Below are positions 24,360 to 32,736 of a DNA stretch of 50,171 nt, in pieces (within the stretch, counting starts at the first letter, position 1; every line of letters begins with the position of its first letter). A program made the translations under genes and the position numbers. Origin of the DNA: Gaiellaceae bacterium (GTDB taxonomy: Bacteria; Actinomycetota; Thermoleophilia; Gaiellales; Gaiellaceae); contig DATHGN010000086.1 in the NCBI GenBank assembly GCA_035317565.1, positions 1 to 50,171 on the forward strand. The letters are read 5' to 3'. The notes under the pieces are model-generated. The model saw only the letters and a list, made by a program, of their open reading frames with translations, was not told the origin of the DNA and searched no databases.

Positions 24360-24414
24360 ACGCCATGGACACTAGCCCACGCTCCACGCCGGGCAACTGT
24401 TGCTAAGGTCGATC

Positions 24415-24433
24415 ACATGTGTGTTTTACATGT
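24415..24433. promoter_or_regulatory. candidate PadR operator ACATGTGTGTTTTACATGT
   Basis: An ATGT-N7-ACAT inverted repeat in the divergent promoter region, just before the PadR start. Confidence 0.45.
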
Positions 24434-24442
24434 AAGAAGGCG

Positions 24443-24832
24443 ATGAGGTCCCGGGGCGGCCGCGGAGCACGTTGCCGGCGAATGGTCCGGCCCGGCCACT
24501 GGGGCGTGCGCGCCCGAGTGGAGCGGTTCAGCGAACCGGCCCTGCTGCTGTTGCTGCGCGAGCGCGCCACCCACGGTTACGAGCTCCTCGAAGCGCTGCC
24601 GAGCCTGACCGGCGAGGCGCGTGTCGACATGGGCAACCTCTACCGGGTCCTCCGGGCGCTCGAGGAGGACGGCCTCGTCACCTCTCGCTGGGAGTCGGGC
24701 GAGCCCGGCCCCGCGAAGCGCACCTACGAGCTGACCGAGGAGGGGCGGCGCCTCCTCGACGAATGGGCCGGCGCCCTCCGGCGCTCGCGCAGCCGCATCG
24801 ACGATTTCTTGGAGCGCTACGAAGGGAGGTGA
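24443..24832 (+). CDS. PadR family transcriptional regulator
   Basis: HGYELLEALPSLTG...GNLYRVLRALEEDGLVTSRWE...KRTYELTEEGR. Start trimmed to ATG 24443, past the operator. Confidence 0.85.
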   Translation: MRSRGGRGARCRRMVRPGHWGVRARVERFSEPALLLLLRERATHGYELLEALPSLTGEARVDMGNLYRVLRALEEDGLVTSRWESGEPGPAKRTYELTEEGRRLLDEWAGALRRSRSRIDDFLERYEGR

Positions 24833-24834
24833 AC

Positions 24835-25011
24835 ATGCACCACGGACGCAGACGACACCATCGAGGCTTCGGCCAGCGCTGGTACGACCGTGAGAACGTC
24901 CTCGAACGGCTCGAGTCGTATCAGCGAGACCTGGAACAGGAGCTCGCCGACGTCTCCGATCTGATCGAACGGCTCAAGCCGAGCGGATCGCAACAGACGC
25001 AGAGCGTGTAG
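24835..25011 (+). CDS. small His/Arg-rich coiled-coil protein (58 aa, below track cutoff)
   Basis: GGGAGG lies 6 nt upstream of the ATG, which follows 2 nt after the PadR stop. MHHGRRRHHRGFGQRWYDRENVLERLESYQRDLEQELADVSDLIERLK... Confidence 0.5.
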   Translation: MHHGRRRHHRGFGQRWYDRENVLERLESYQRDLEQELADVSDLIERLKPSGSQQTQSV

Positions 25012-25035
25012 TTGAAAGAGCGGCAGGCGACGGCC

Positions 25036-25449
25036 TCAGGCCGTCGCCTCTGCGTGTTGCAAGAGGGCGAGCACGTCGCGGGCCTGCTCGCCACCCGCTT
25101 CTGCGTGCTTGACGAGCGGAATCCCGTGTGGCCCGAGCGCGTCGCGCGCGTCTGGAGTCGAGGCGAGCATCGCCTGGACAATCTCGGTCTCGCCGAGCAT
25201 CGCCGCTGCAAAGATGTCCATGCGCGCACCGTGGTCGAGCAGGAAGAGGGCGATCTCGCGGTGACCGACGTGTGAGGCTGCCCCGAGACCGGTCTCCCAG
25301 TCGCCTCCACCCCAGTCCCACGCGCAGTTCACGAGCGCCGGCGCTTGCTCGAGGAGGCGCTGCACCGTGTCGAGATCGCCGTGCGCCTTCAACACGAACT
25401 CGTTGACGAGCTCGGGCTCGAGCGCGGGCGGCTTCTCGCTCGCGATCAT
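25036..25449 (-). CDS. ankyrin-repeat protein
   Basis: 137 aa with ANK-like repeats (GHREIALFLLDHGARMD; GETEIVQAML). The start overlaps the EF-G stop (TGATG). Confidence 0.7.
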   Translation of the reverse strand: MIASEKPPALEPELVNEFVLKAHGDLDTVQRLLEQAPALVNCAWDWGGGDWETGLGAASHVGHREIALFLLDHGARMDIFAAAMLGETEIVQAMLASTPDARDALGPHGIPLVKHAEAGGEQARDVLALLQHAEATA

Positions 25450-27497
25450 CAGACCTTGGCCTCCTCCTGTTCCTTCTTCGCGCCTTCGATCACCTTTTGC
25501 GCGATGTGGGTCGGAACTTCTTCGTACCGCAGGAAGTGCATGTGGTAGTCGCCGCGCCCGCCGGTCATCGACGTCAGCGCCTGCGAGTACGTGAGGATCT
25601 CCGCCATCGGGACCTCGGCTTTGATCGTGGTCATCCCCCCGCTCGGCTCCATCCCCTGGAGGCGGCCGCGCCGGGAGTTGAGGTCGCCGTTGACCGCACC
25701 GACGGCCTCGTCCGGTGTCGTCACCTCGAGCTCCATGATCGGCTCGAGGAGAACGGGGTCTGCTTTCTCGTACGCCGACTTGAACGCCATCGAGCCGGCG
25801 ATCTTGAACGCCATCTCCGAGGAGTCGACCGTGTGGTACGAGCCGTCGACCAGGACGACGCGCAGACCCTGCACCGGTGCCCCGGCGAGCTCGCCGTGCA
25901 CCATCGCCTCCTGGATGCCCTTGTCGACCGCGGGCCGGAAGCTCTGGGGAATCACGCCGCCGACGATCTTGTCGACGAACTCGTAGCCCTGGTGACCGTC
26001 CAGCGGCTCGAGGACGATCACGCAGTCGCCGAACTGACCGCGCCCCCCGGTCTGCTTCTTGTAACGGCCTTGCGCGCGCGCTTCCTTGCGGATCGTCTCC
26101 AGGTAGGGAACCCGGGGCTGGTGCAGCTCGACCTCGACGTTGAAGCGGCTCTTCAGGCGGTCGACGGCAACCTCGACGTGGATCTGAGAGAGCCCGGTCA
26201 ACAGCTGCTCGCCCGTCTGCGGATCGCGACGCATCTGAATCGTCGGATCCTCCTCACCGAGCCGGCGCAATCCTGCTGCCATCTTTTCCTCGTCGCCCTT
26301 CGCCTTCGGCGTCACGGCGAAGCTCATTACGGGCTCCGGAAAGCCGATGTCGGGCAGCTCGACCTGCCGCTCGGCGTCCAGCAGCACGTCGCCGGTCTGC
26401 GTCTCCTTCAGCTTGGCGACAGCGCCGATGTCGCCCTCGCCGAACTCCGAGACCTGGACGTGATCCTTGCCCTGCAACTCCATCAGCTGTCCGAGCCGCT
26501 CCTTGGCATGCGAGCGGCCGTTCACGATCGTCGAGTCACCGTTCAGCGTGCCGTTCAGCACCCGAAAGACGTTGATGCGCCCCGCGAATGGATCGGCGAT
26601 CGTCTTGAAGACGAAGGCAGCCGTCCCGCCGCCGTCGACACTGATGGGCGCACCCTTCTTCGCCGGCGACGGAACACCCTCGACGAGCAGGTCGAGCACC
26701 GCTGTCGTGCCGAGGTTCTTCGAAGCGACGCCGCAGGCAACCGGGAAGACGTCTCCGCGTGTCACCGCCTCCTTCAGCGCCTTCGCCACCTCTTCGGTCG
26801 ACAGCTCCTGGCCTTCGAGGTAGCGCTCCATCAATGCTTCGTCCGTCTCGACGACCGAGTCGAGAAGCTTCTCGCGGTACTCCTGCACCTCGGCCTGCAC
26901 TTCGTCCGGGATCGCGGTCGGCTTCGACTCGCGCTCACCGTTCGGATCCATGTACGCCTGCATGTGCAGGAGGTCGACGATCCCGGTCAGCTCGTGCTCG
27001 CTGCCGATCGGGAGATGAACGGCGACGCACTTGTCCGAGAGCTGCGTGCGCATCGCCTCGAGGGCACGGTAGAAGTCGGCACGCTCGCGGTCGAGCATGT
27101 TCACGAAGAGCACACGCGAAAGACCTCCTTCCTCGGCACGGTGCCAGTGCCGGGTCGTCTGCACCTCGACGCCCATGACGGCACTCAGGACGAACACCGC
27201 CCCTTCGACGACGCGCAAAGCGGCGATCGCATCGCCCTGGAAGCCGGCGTCGCCGGGCGTGTCGATCAGGTTGATCTTCCGGCCTTGCCACTCGACGTGT
27301 TCGACGGAGGCCGACAACGACATCTGGCGCCGCTGCTCGTCCTCGTCCCAGTCGCTGACGGTGGAGCCTGCCTCGACCGTCCCGAGCCGGTTGGTTGCAC
27401 CGGCCTGGAACAGGAGTGCCTCGACGAGAGAGGTTTTCCCGGTTCCACGGTGTCCGACAACGGCGACGTTGCGGATCTTGCCCGGCTCGACTGGCAT
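25449..27497 (-). CDS. elongation factor G paralog (EF-G2-like translational GTPase)
   Basis: 682 aa. G1 VGHRGTGKTS, DTPG, full EF-G domain order, C-terminus GGRGDYHMHFLRYEEVP. Confidence 0.9.
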   Translation of the reverse strand: MPVEPGKIRNVAVVGHRGTGKTSLVEALLFQAGATNRLGTVEAGSTVSDWDEDEQRRQMSLSASVEHVEWQGRKINLIDTPGDAGFQGDAIAALRVVEGAVFVLSAVMGVEVQTTRHWHRAEEGGLSRVLFVNMLDRERADFYRALEAMRTQLSDKCVAVHLPIGSEHELTGIVDLLHMQAYMDPNGERESKPTAIPDEVQAEVQEYREKLLDSVVETDEALMERYLEGQELSTEEVAKALKEAVTRGDVFPVACGVASKNLGTTAVLDLLVEGVPSPAKKGAPISVDGGGTAAFVFKTIADPFAGRINVFRVLNGTLNGDSTIVNGRSHAKERLGQLMELQGKDHVQVSEFGEGDIGAVAKLKETQTGDVLLDAERQVELPDIGFPEPVMSFAVTPKAKGDEEKMAAGLRRLGEEDPTIQMRRDPQTGEQLLTGLSQIHVEVAVDRLKSRFNVEVELHQPRVPYLETIRKEARAQGRYKKQTGGRGQFGDCVIVLEPLDGHQGYEFVDKIVGGVIPQSFRPAVDKGIQEAMVHGELAGAPVQGLRVVLVDGSYHTVDSSEMAFKIAGSMAFKSAYEKADPVLLEPIMELEVTTPDEAVGAVNGDLNSRRGRLQGMEPSGGMTTIKAEVPMAEILTYSQALTSMTGGRGDYHMHFLRYEEVPTHIAQKVIEGAKKEQEEAKV

Positions 27498-27575
27498 GCG
27501 CTAGCTCCTCCTGACGACGCGGCTAAGCATCGATCGTACTTCCCTCAGCAAGGCGAGGGGAACCCAGGCGTCTGG

Positions 27576-28367
27576 TCAGGTTTCGAGCGAAGCGCGAGTG
27601 GTGGAACCCGACAGACGGGCCTTCAGGCGCAGGATCGCCTTCGTGTGGAGCTGCGAGACGCGGGACTCCGTGACCCCGAGGACCTCGCCGATCTCGCGCA
27701 GGGTCAGCTCCTCGTAGTAGTAGAGGGTGACCACGAGCTTCTCCCGCTCAGGGAGGCGCGCGATTGCCTCGCCGATCGCCTCCTTCATCTCCGTCTGGGA
27801 CAACGAGCCCTGCGGGTCGGGGGCGTCGATGTCCTCGATCGTGTCGATCATCGCCACCGAGTCTCCCCCGCCGGTATTCACGGTCCAGAGCTCGTCGAGC
27901 GCGGCGATCGAGGAGCGGGAGATGTCGGTGAGCGACTCGTTGAGCTCGTCGACTGAGAGGCCGAGCTTCTCGGCGATCTCCTCGTCGGTCGGAGCCCGAT
28001 GGATCTTCCGCTCGAGCTCGGCGATCGCGCGCTCGATGTCGCGGGCGCGCGCACGCACCGACCGTGGCACCCAGTCCATCGCCCGGAGCTCGTCGATGAT
28101 CGATCCTTTGATCCGCGCGATCGCGTAGGTCTCGAACTTGACGTCGCGCTCGGGGTCGTAGCGCTCGATCGCGCCGATCAGGCCGAGCAGCCCGTAGGAG
28201 ACGAGGTCACCCTCGTCGACGTGCGCGGGCAGCCCGGACCCAAGGCGCCCGGCCACGTACTTGACGAGCGGCGCGTAGGTGAGGATCAGGCGGTCTCGAA
28301 GCGCTTTGTCGTCTTTGTTCGTGCTGAACTGCCGCCAAAGCGACTTGGTGTCTTCGGCCTCGGCCAC
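27576..28367 (-). CDS. FliA/WhiG-type (group 3) RNA polymerase sigma factor
   Basis: Region 2 LVSYGLLGLIGAIERYDPERDVKFETYAIARIKGSIIDELR. Region 4 LTLREIGEVLGVTESRVSQLHTKAILRL. Start GTG 28367; the longer track ORF would overlap tRNA-Trp. Confidence 0.9.
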   Translation of the reverse strand: MAEAEDTKSLWRQFSTNKDDKALRDRLILTYAPLVKYVAGRLGSGLPAHVDEGDLVSYGLLGLIGAIERYDPERDVKFETYAIARIKGSIIDELRAMDWVPRSVRARARDIERAIAELERKIHRAPTDEEIAEKLGLSVDELNESLTDISRSSIAALDELWTVNTGGGDSVAMIDTIEDIDAPDPQGSLSQTEMKEAIGEAIARLPEREKLVVTLYYYEELTLREIGEVLGVTESRVSQLHTKAILRLKARLSGSTTRASLET

Positions 28368-28393
28368 CCGCAGAGGATACGCGGTGTTTCGGC

Positions 28394-28552
28394 TTACCTG
28401 AAAGCGCGGAGAGCGAGCGAGGCCAGCCAGATCGCAAGCGCTGCAGCGGCAAACGCGACGATCCACCGTCCCGCCTCTCCCCCAGCCCCGTGTCCGGCCG
28501 CATAGGCCACGCCGGCGAAGCCGAGCGCGAGCAGGGAAAAGAGCGCACCCAT
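28394..28552 (-). CDS. possible small two-TM membrane protein (52 aa)
   Basis: MGALFSLLALGFAGVAYAAGHGAGGEAGRWIVAFAAAALAIWLASLALSAFR, 26 nt upstream of the sigma factor start. No clear RBS. Confidence 0.3.
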   Translation of the reverse strand: MGALFSLLALGFAGVAYAAGHGAGGEAGRWIVAFAAAALAIWLASLALRAFR

Positions 28553-28615
28553 GGCCGGCCGCTGCCTCACGCGGACAAGGATCGCAAATCAGCCGGGCTA
28601 CAATCCGGCGAGCCC

Positions 28616-28688
<73 letters not shown>

Positions 28689-28701
28689 CTCCTCCGCCGC
28701 G

Positions 28702-28778
28702 AGGTCGGCTCCCCTTCGGCGAGCCGACCTACCCCGTCTCGGGAAAAAATGGGCCACTCGGCCCATGGCGGTTGTTTT
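28702..28778 (+). terminator. two hairpins after tRNA-Trp
   Basis: First: 10-bp stem AGGTCGGCTC/GAGCCGACCT (28702-28730). Second: ATGGGCC-ACTC-GGCCCAT followed by a T-rich GGTTGTTTT (28749-28778). Confidence 0.55.
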
Positions 28779-28800
28779 GGGCTTGCTGTTGAGTTAGCGG

Positions 28801-29943
28801 GTGAAGCTTCTGCGGCTCCTTCTACTCGCCTTGCTTGCGTTCGCCGTCTCCGCTGGGACGCCGAAGCCGGCCCAAACGACTCATCTGAAGCTCATCGTGG
28901 GCGTCACCGACGACACCGCCAAGTGGATGAACCGGCAGGACGGGATCGTCGGCGTCCACCGCGACCTCCGCCTCATGGCGGTCCGGGTGACGATTCCCTG
29001 GAAGCCCGGACAGGTGCGGCCGACGCGACTCCAGCAGGTCTACCTGAACCGGATTGCACGGATGGTGCAGCTGAGCGACCGCATCGTGCTCGCGGTGTAC
29101 AACACCGCCCGCTACGCACCGACGACCGCTCGCCTCCGGAAGCAGTACTGCTCGTTCCTGGGTGGCGTCGTTCGGCGCATTCCGCTCATCCACGACGTCG
29201 AGATCTGGAACGAGGCCAACTCTCCCGCCTACTGGCCCGAGGCCGACGGCGCGGCGGCGTACGCCGCACTGCTTGCGCGCTGCTACGACGTCTTGCACAA
29301 GCGCCCGGGCCCGATCAACGTCATCACCTCGACGGCTTCCCGCCACGATCCGGGGAGCTTCGTGTTCGCATTGGGAGACGCCTTTCGCACGAGCGGTCGG
29401 ACGCGCCAGCTCTTCGACACGTTCGGCCACAACCCGTACCCAGCGGACTCCGCAGAGCCACCCTGGGTCCTGCACGAGGGCTCGGACCTGATCGCGGAAG
29501 GCGATTACGAGACTCTGATGAACGTCCTGAGCACAGCCTTCGAGGACACGCCCCAGCCCCTGCCGGGCGTCCGCGGCGTGACGATCTGGTACGTCGAGGA
29601 CGGTTTCCAGACCGTGGCGCCTCCCGACAAGGTTCGCTACTACCGCGGCCGCGAGAACGACCTGCACGCGATTCCAGCATTGGCGCGGCGCAGGGACAAG
29701 AACGTCGTCGACCAGGCAACGCAGTTGCGCGACGCGATCCTGCTCGCGTATTGCCAGCCGGCCGTTTCCGGATTCCTCAACTTCGGCCTGCTCGACGAGG
29801 ACCGCCTCGGCGGCTGGCAAGCGGGCCTCCTCTGGCGCGACGGGACTCGCAAGCCGTCGTATGACACATTCAAAGCGGTAATCGCCGAGGTCCGCAGGCG
29901 TGACACCGACTGCTCGAAGATCCGGGGCGCGCCGAGCTCCTGA
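28801..29943 (+). CDS. secreted glycoside-hydrolase-like TIM-barrel protein
   Basis: Signal peptide MKLLRLLLLALLAFAVSA. EIWNEAN motif resembles the clan GH-A acid/base NE(P) motif. The function call is tentative. Confidence 0.6.
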   Translation: MKLLRLLLLALLAFAVSAGTPKPAQTTHLKLIVGVTDDTAKWMNRQDGIVGVHRDLRLMAVRVTIPWKPGQVRPTRLQQVYLNRIARMVQLSDRIVLAVYNTARYAPTTARLRKQYCSFLGGVVRRIPLIHDVEIWNEANSPAYWPEADGAAAYAALLARCYDVLHKRPGPINVITSTASRHDPGSFVFALGDAFRTSGRTRQLFDTFGHNPYPADSAEPPWVLHEGSDLIAEGDYETLMNVLSTAFEDTPQPLPGVRGVTIWYVEDGFQTVAPPDKVRYYRGRENDLHAIPALARRRDKNVVDQATQLRDAILLAYCQPAVSGFLNFGLLDEDRLGGWQAGLLWRDGTRKPSYDTFKAVIAEVRRRDTDCSKIRGAPSS

Positions 29944-30047
29944 CCGCGCCGCAAGACCTGGCCTTCCACAGCATCTACTCCACGGCAAGACGGGGAGGTC
30001 GGTCAGAGGGGCTTCCCCGTCTCGCCCTCGCGGTAGGCTGCGCCGCC

Positions 30048-30734
30048 GTGCGTGTCACATTCCTCGTACCCGCCTACAACGAGGCGGCGACGATCATCGA
30101 GATCCTCGATCGTGTCGACGGTCTCGACCTGGAGAAGCAGCTCGTCGTCGTCGACGACGGCTCGACGGATGGGACGGGTGACCTCGTCGAGTCCTGGCGG
30201 GGGGATCGTGACGACGTCGTCCTCATCCGCCAGGAAAACCAGGGCAAGGGAGCTGCAGTGCGTGCTGCCATCCCTCACGCCGACGGCGACATTGCGGTCA
30301 TCCAGGACGCCGACCTGGAGTACGACCCGTCCGACGTCCCCGCACTGATCCAGCCGATCGAGCGCGGCAGTGCGGACGTGGTCTACGGCTCGCGCCTTTC
30401 AGGCGGCAAGCCACAGCGTGCGTACTTCTTCTGGCACCTCGTCGGAAACAAGTTCCTCTCGCTGCTGACGAACATCCTCTTCAACACGACGCTCTCCGAC
30501 ATGGAGACCGGCTACAAGGCGTTTCGCATCGAGGTCTTGCGGTCGCTCGACCTCCGGCAGGACGACTTCGGCATCGAGCCCGAGATCACCGCGAAGATCT
30601 GCAAGCGGAAGCTGCGCGTCTACGAGCTCCCGATCGCCTACTACGGCCGAACCTACGCAGAAGGGAAGAAGATCACATGGAGGGACGGGTTCAAGGCGAT
30701 CCGCGTCCTACTCAGCGTCCGCCTGTTCGGCTGA
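30048..30734 (+). CDS. family 2 glycosyltransferase (polyprenol-phosphate glycosyltransferase-like)
   Basis: VPAYNEAATI, VVVDDGSTDGT, QDADLEYDP. Confidence 0.9.
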   Translation: MRVTFLVPAYNEAATIIEILDRVDGLDLEKQLVVVDDGSTDGTGDLVESWRGDRDDVVLIRQENQGKGAAVRAAIPHADGDIAVIQDADLEYDPSDVPALIQPIERGSADVVYGSRLSGGKPQRAYFFWHLVGNKFLSLLTNILFNTTLSDMETGYKAFRIEVLRSLDLRQDDFGIEPEITAKICKRKLRVYELPIAYYGRTYAEGKKITWRDGFKAIRVLLSVRLFG

Positions 30735-31081
30735 CGGTCGTCGTCGCTGCGGTCTTCCTCGCAGCACTCGCCGTGTCGGCACTCTTCTCGGCGTACCACG
30801 TGCGCGGTCACGTGCGCGACTCGGTCGCCCGCGACTCCAAGCTGACGGCGGCGGCGCGATTGCACGCCGCGGGCGACCGGCTCGGATTCGACCCCGCGCC
30901 GTTCGACGCGTTCCGCGCACGGTTGCTGCGTAAGGAGCGATACGCCGTCGACGTGCCGCCCGGCGCGAAGGGACCGTTCATTACGCGTGGAGCTGTCGTG
31001 CGCGCCTACGCCGCCTTCTACTTTCTGCCTGCGATCCAGGTCACTCGGGCGGATCGGGTGTTCCACTACCGATTCCGATGA
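30677..31081 (+). CDS. membrane-anchored hypothetical protein (start uncertain)
   Basis: Single TM segment LTVVVAAVFLAALAVSALF. Its stop overlaps the next gene's start (ATGA). Confidence 0.45.
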   Translation: MEGRVQGDPRPTQRPPVRLTVVVAAVFLAALAVSALFSAYHVRGHVRDSVARDSKLTAAARLHAAGDRLGFDPAPFDAFRARLLRKERYAVDVPPGAKGPFITRGAVVRAYAAFYFLPAIQVTRADRVFHYRFR

Positions 31082-32457
31082 GAGCCGAGGCGCTCATCGG
31101 CGCCAACCTCTTGATCCTGCTGGCCGGACTGGGCGTGTTGCCCCTCCTCCGCGTCGCACACTCGTGGCGCGAGCTCGCCTACCGCTCGGGGCTCGCCTAT
31201 CTCTGCGGCATCCTGCTCGCCGGCATCCTTTCGGCGCACCTCGCGCTAGTGCACGTCGGCTTCGGCTGGGCCGGCCTCGCGGCGCTGGCCGTCGTCTCAC
31301 TCGCGGCGTGCTTCTGGCTCCTGCGCGGAAGCGAGCAGCCGGGCTGGCCCCGGCCGGGCTGGATTCACGTCGCGGGGGTCATCGCGGTCGCTGCCGTCAT
31401 CGCCGACTACGTGCGCGCTTTCCGGGTCGCCCCGCTGAACCGCTACGACGCCTGGGCGATCTGGGCGCTCAAAGGCCATGCCCTGTATGCCTTCGGCTGG
31501 GCCGATCCCACCGTCTTCGCAGGCGCGGCCTATCGCTTCGCGAACCTCGACTACCCGTTGCTGCTGCCGTCGCTCGAAGCGATCGCCTTTCGCTCGATGG
31601 GGGCGTTCGACACGCGCCTGATCCACGTGCAATTCCTCTTCTTTCTCGTAGCAGCGCTTGCCGCACTCTTCGCATTGCTGCGTGACCGGGCCCCAGCTGT
31701 AGTGCTCTGGCTTTCTCTCTTCTCGATCGCGGTCGCGCCTGCGGTGTTCGACCAGCTCCTCACCGCCTACGCGGATCTCCCGCTCGCGCTCGTCTTCTGT
31801 GTCGGAGTTGCAGCCTCAGGGCGCTGGCTGCTGGCGAACGAGCGCTGGGCGCTCGCGGTTGCGACGTTCTGTTTCGCCGGCGCATTGCTGATGAAGAACG
31901 AAGGCTCCCTTTTCGTTCTCGCGGTGTTCGTCGGGCTGCTGGTCGTCGCTCACCGGCGCTGGCGCGCCCTCGCGGTCGCGGCTGCCGTCGACCTCGTGCT
32001 CCTGCTTCCCTGGCGGATCTACGTTCACGTCCACCAGCTCCGCGACATCAACTACAGCTTCGGCGACAGCTTCGACTACGGCCATCTGCACGGACGCTTG
32101 GGTGTTGGCCGGATCGCGTTCCGCACACTTGGCGGCCAGATGCTCGATCCGCAGCAATGGGGTTTCCTGGTGCCGTTGTTCGCCGTGCTCGTCTTGGCGG
32201 CGTTCGTCGCCGGGAGCCGCGCCTTGCCCATCTTCGGTCTCGTGTGGGCCGGGCTCGCCTGGCTGGGATTGAGCTGGATCTACGTGATCTCGCGCTTCGA
32301 GTACAGCTCCTACCTCGACTCGACGAAGGAGCGCGTGGTCGCGACGATCGTCCTCGGGAGTGCCGCGCTCGTTCCTCTGCTGGCGGCCGAGACCTGGGCC
32401 CGGCTCAGCGCTCGCGAGCGAGCCCCGCTTCGGACCGGTGACGGAGCAGCTCCTTGA
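31078..32457 (+). CDS. polytopic membrane protein, possible GT-C glycosyltransferase or polymerase
   Basis: 459 aa, more than 10 TM, operonic with the GT2 gene. No diagnostic motif recognised. Confidence 0.65.
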   Translation: MRAEALIGANLLILLAGLGVLPLLRVAHSWRELAYRSGLAYLCGILLAGILSAHLALVHVGFGWAGLAALAVVSLAACFWLLRGSEQPGWPRPGWIHVAGVIAVAAVIADYVRAFRVAPLNRYDAWAIWALKGHALYAFGWADPTVFAGAAYRFANLDYPLLLPSLEAIAFRSMGAFDTRLIHVQFLFFLVAALAALFALLRDRAPAVVLWLSLFSIAVAPAVFDQLLTAYADLPLALVFCVGVAASGRWLLANERWALAVATFCFAGALLMKNEGSLFVLAVFVGLLVVAHRRWRALAVAAAVDLVLLLPWRIYVHVHQLRDINYSFGDSFDYGHLHGRLGVGRIAFRTLGGQMLDPQQWGFLVPLFAVLVLAAFVAGSRALPIFGLVWAGLAWLGLSWIYVISRFEYSSYLDSTKERVVATIVLGSAALVPLLAAETWARLSARERAPLRTGDGAAP

Positions 32458-32572
32458 CCTCCCGGAGGAAGCGCGAGCAGTCGGCCTCGTGTTCGTCGGA
32501 GACGAACTGCCCCGGCGGCGCGGGCTGGTCTTGTTTCGGGTCAGGCTGCGCCTGACCGTTGTTCCCACGCAA
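32405..32572 (-). CDS. possible small protein (55 aa, TTG start, below track cutoff)
   Basis: GGTGGAG lies 8 nt upstream of the TTG. About 85% G/C at third codon positions. ...QFVSDEHEADCSRFLREVKELLRHRSEAG... Confidence 0.3.
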   Translation of the reverse strand: MRGNNGQAQPDPKQDQPAPPGQFVSDEHEADCSRFLREVKELLRHRSEAGLARER

Positions 32573-32736
32573 CGGCTCTTCTCCACCTTTGAATTGGCCC
32601 TGTCACGCGCACCGCGGGCTCGAGGGCTAGGACCGCACCGAACCGTCGTACGCCGCCGCGAGTCTAGAGCGTCGGGCGCGAACGACATCACTCGAAAGGG
32701 TCAGGCGCCGCGACATCTCCGCAAAGTGGGAACGAA

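Noticed and set aside
25497-27956. 819-aa ORF on the plus strand
   Set aside because: It is antisense to the clearly homologous EF-G gene. The translation is Arg/Leu/Asp/Val-rich with no recognisable motifs, which is a typical long shadow ORF in high-GC DNA.
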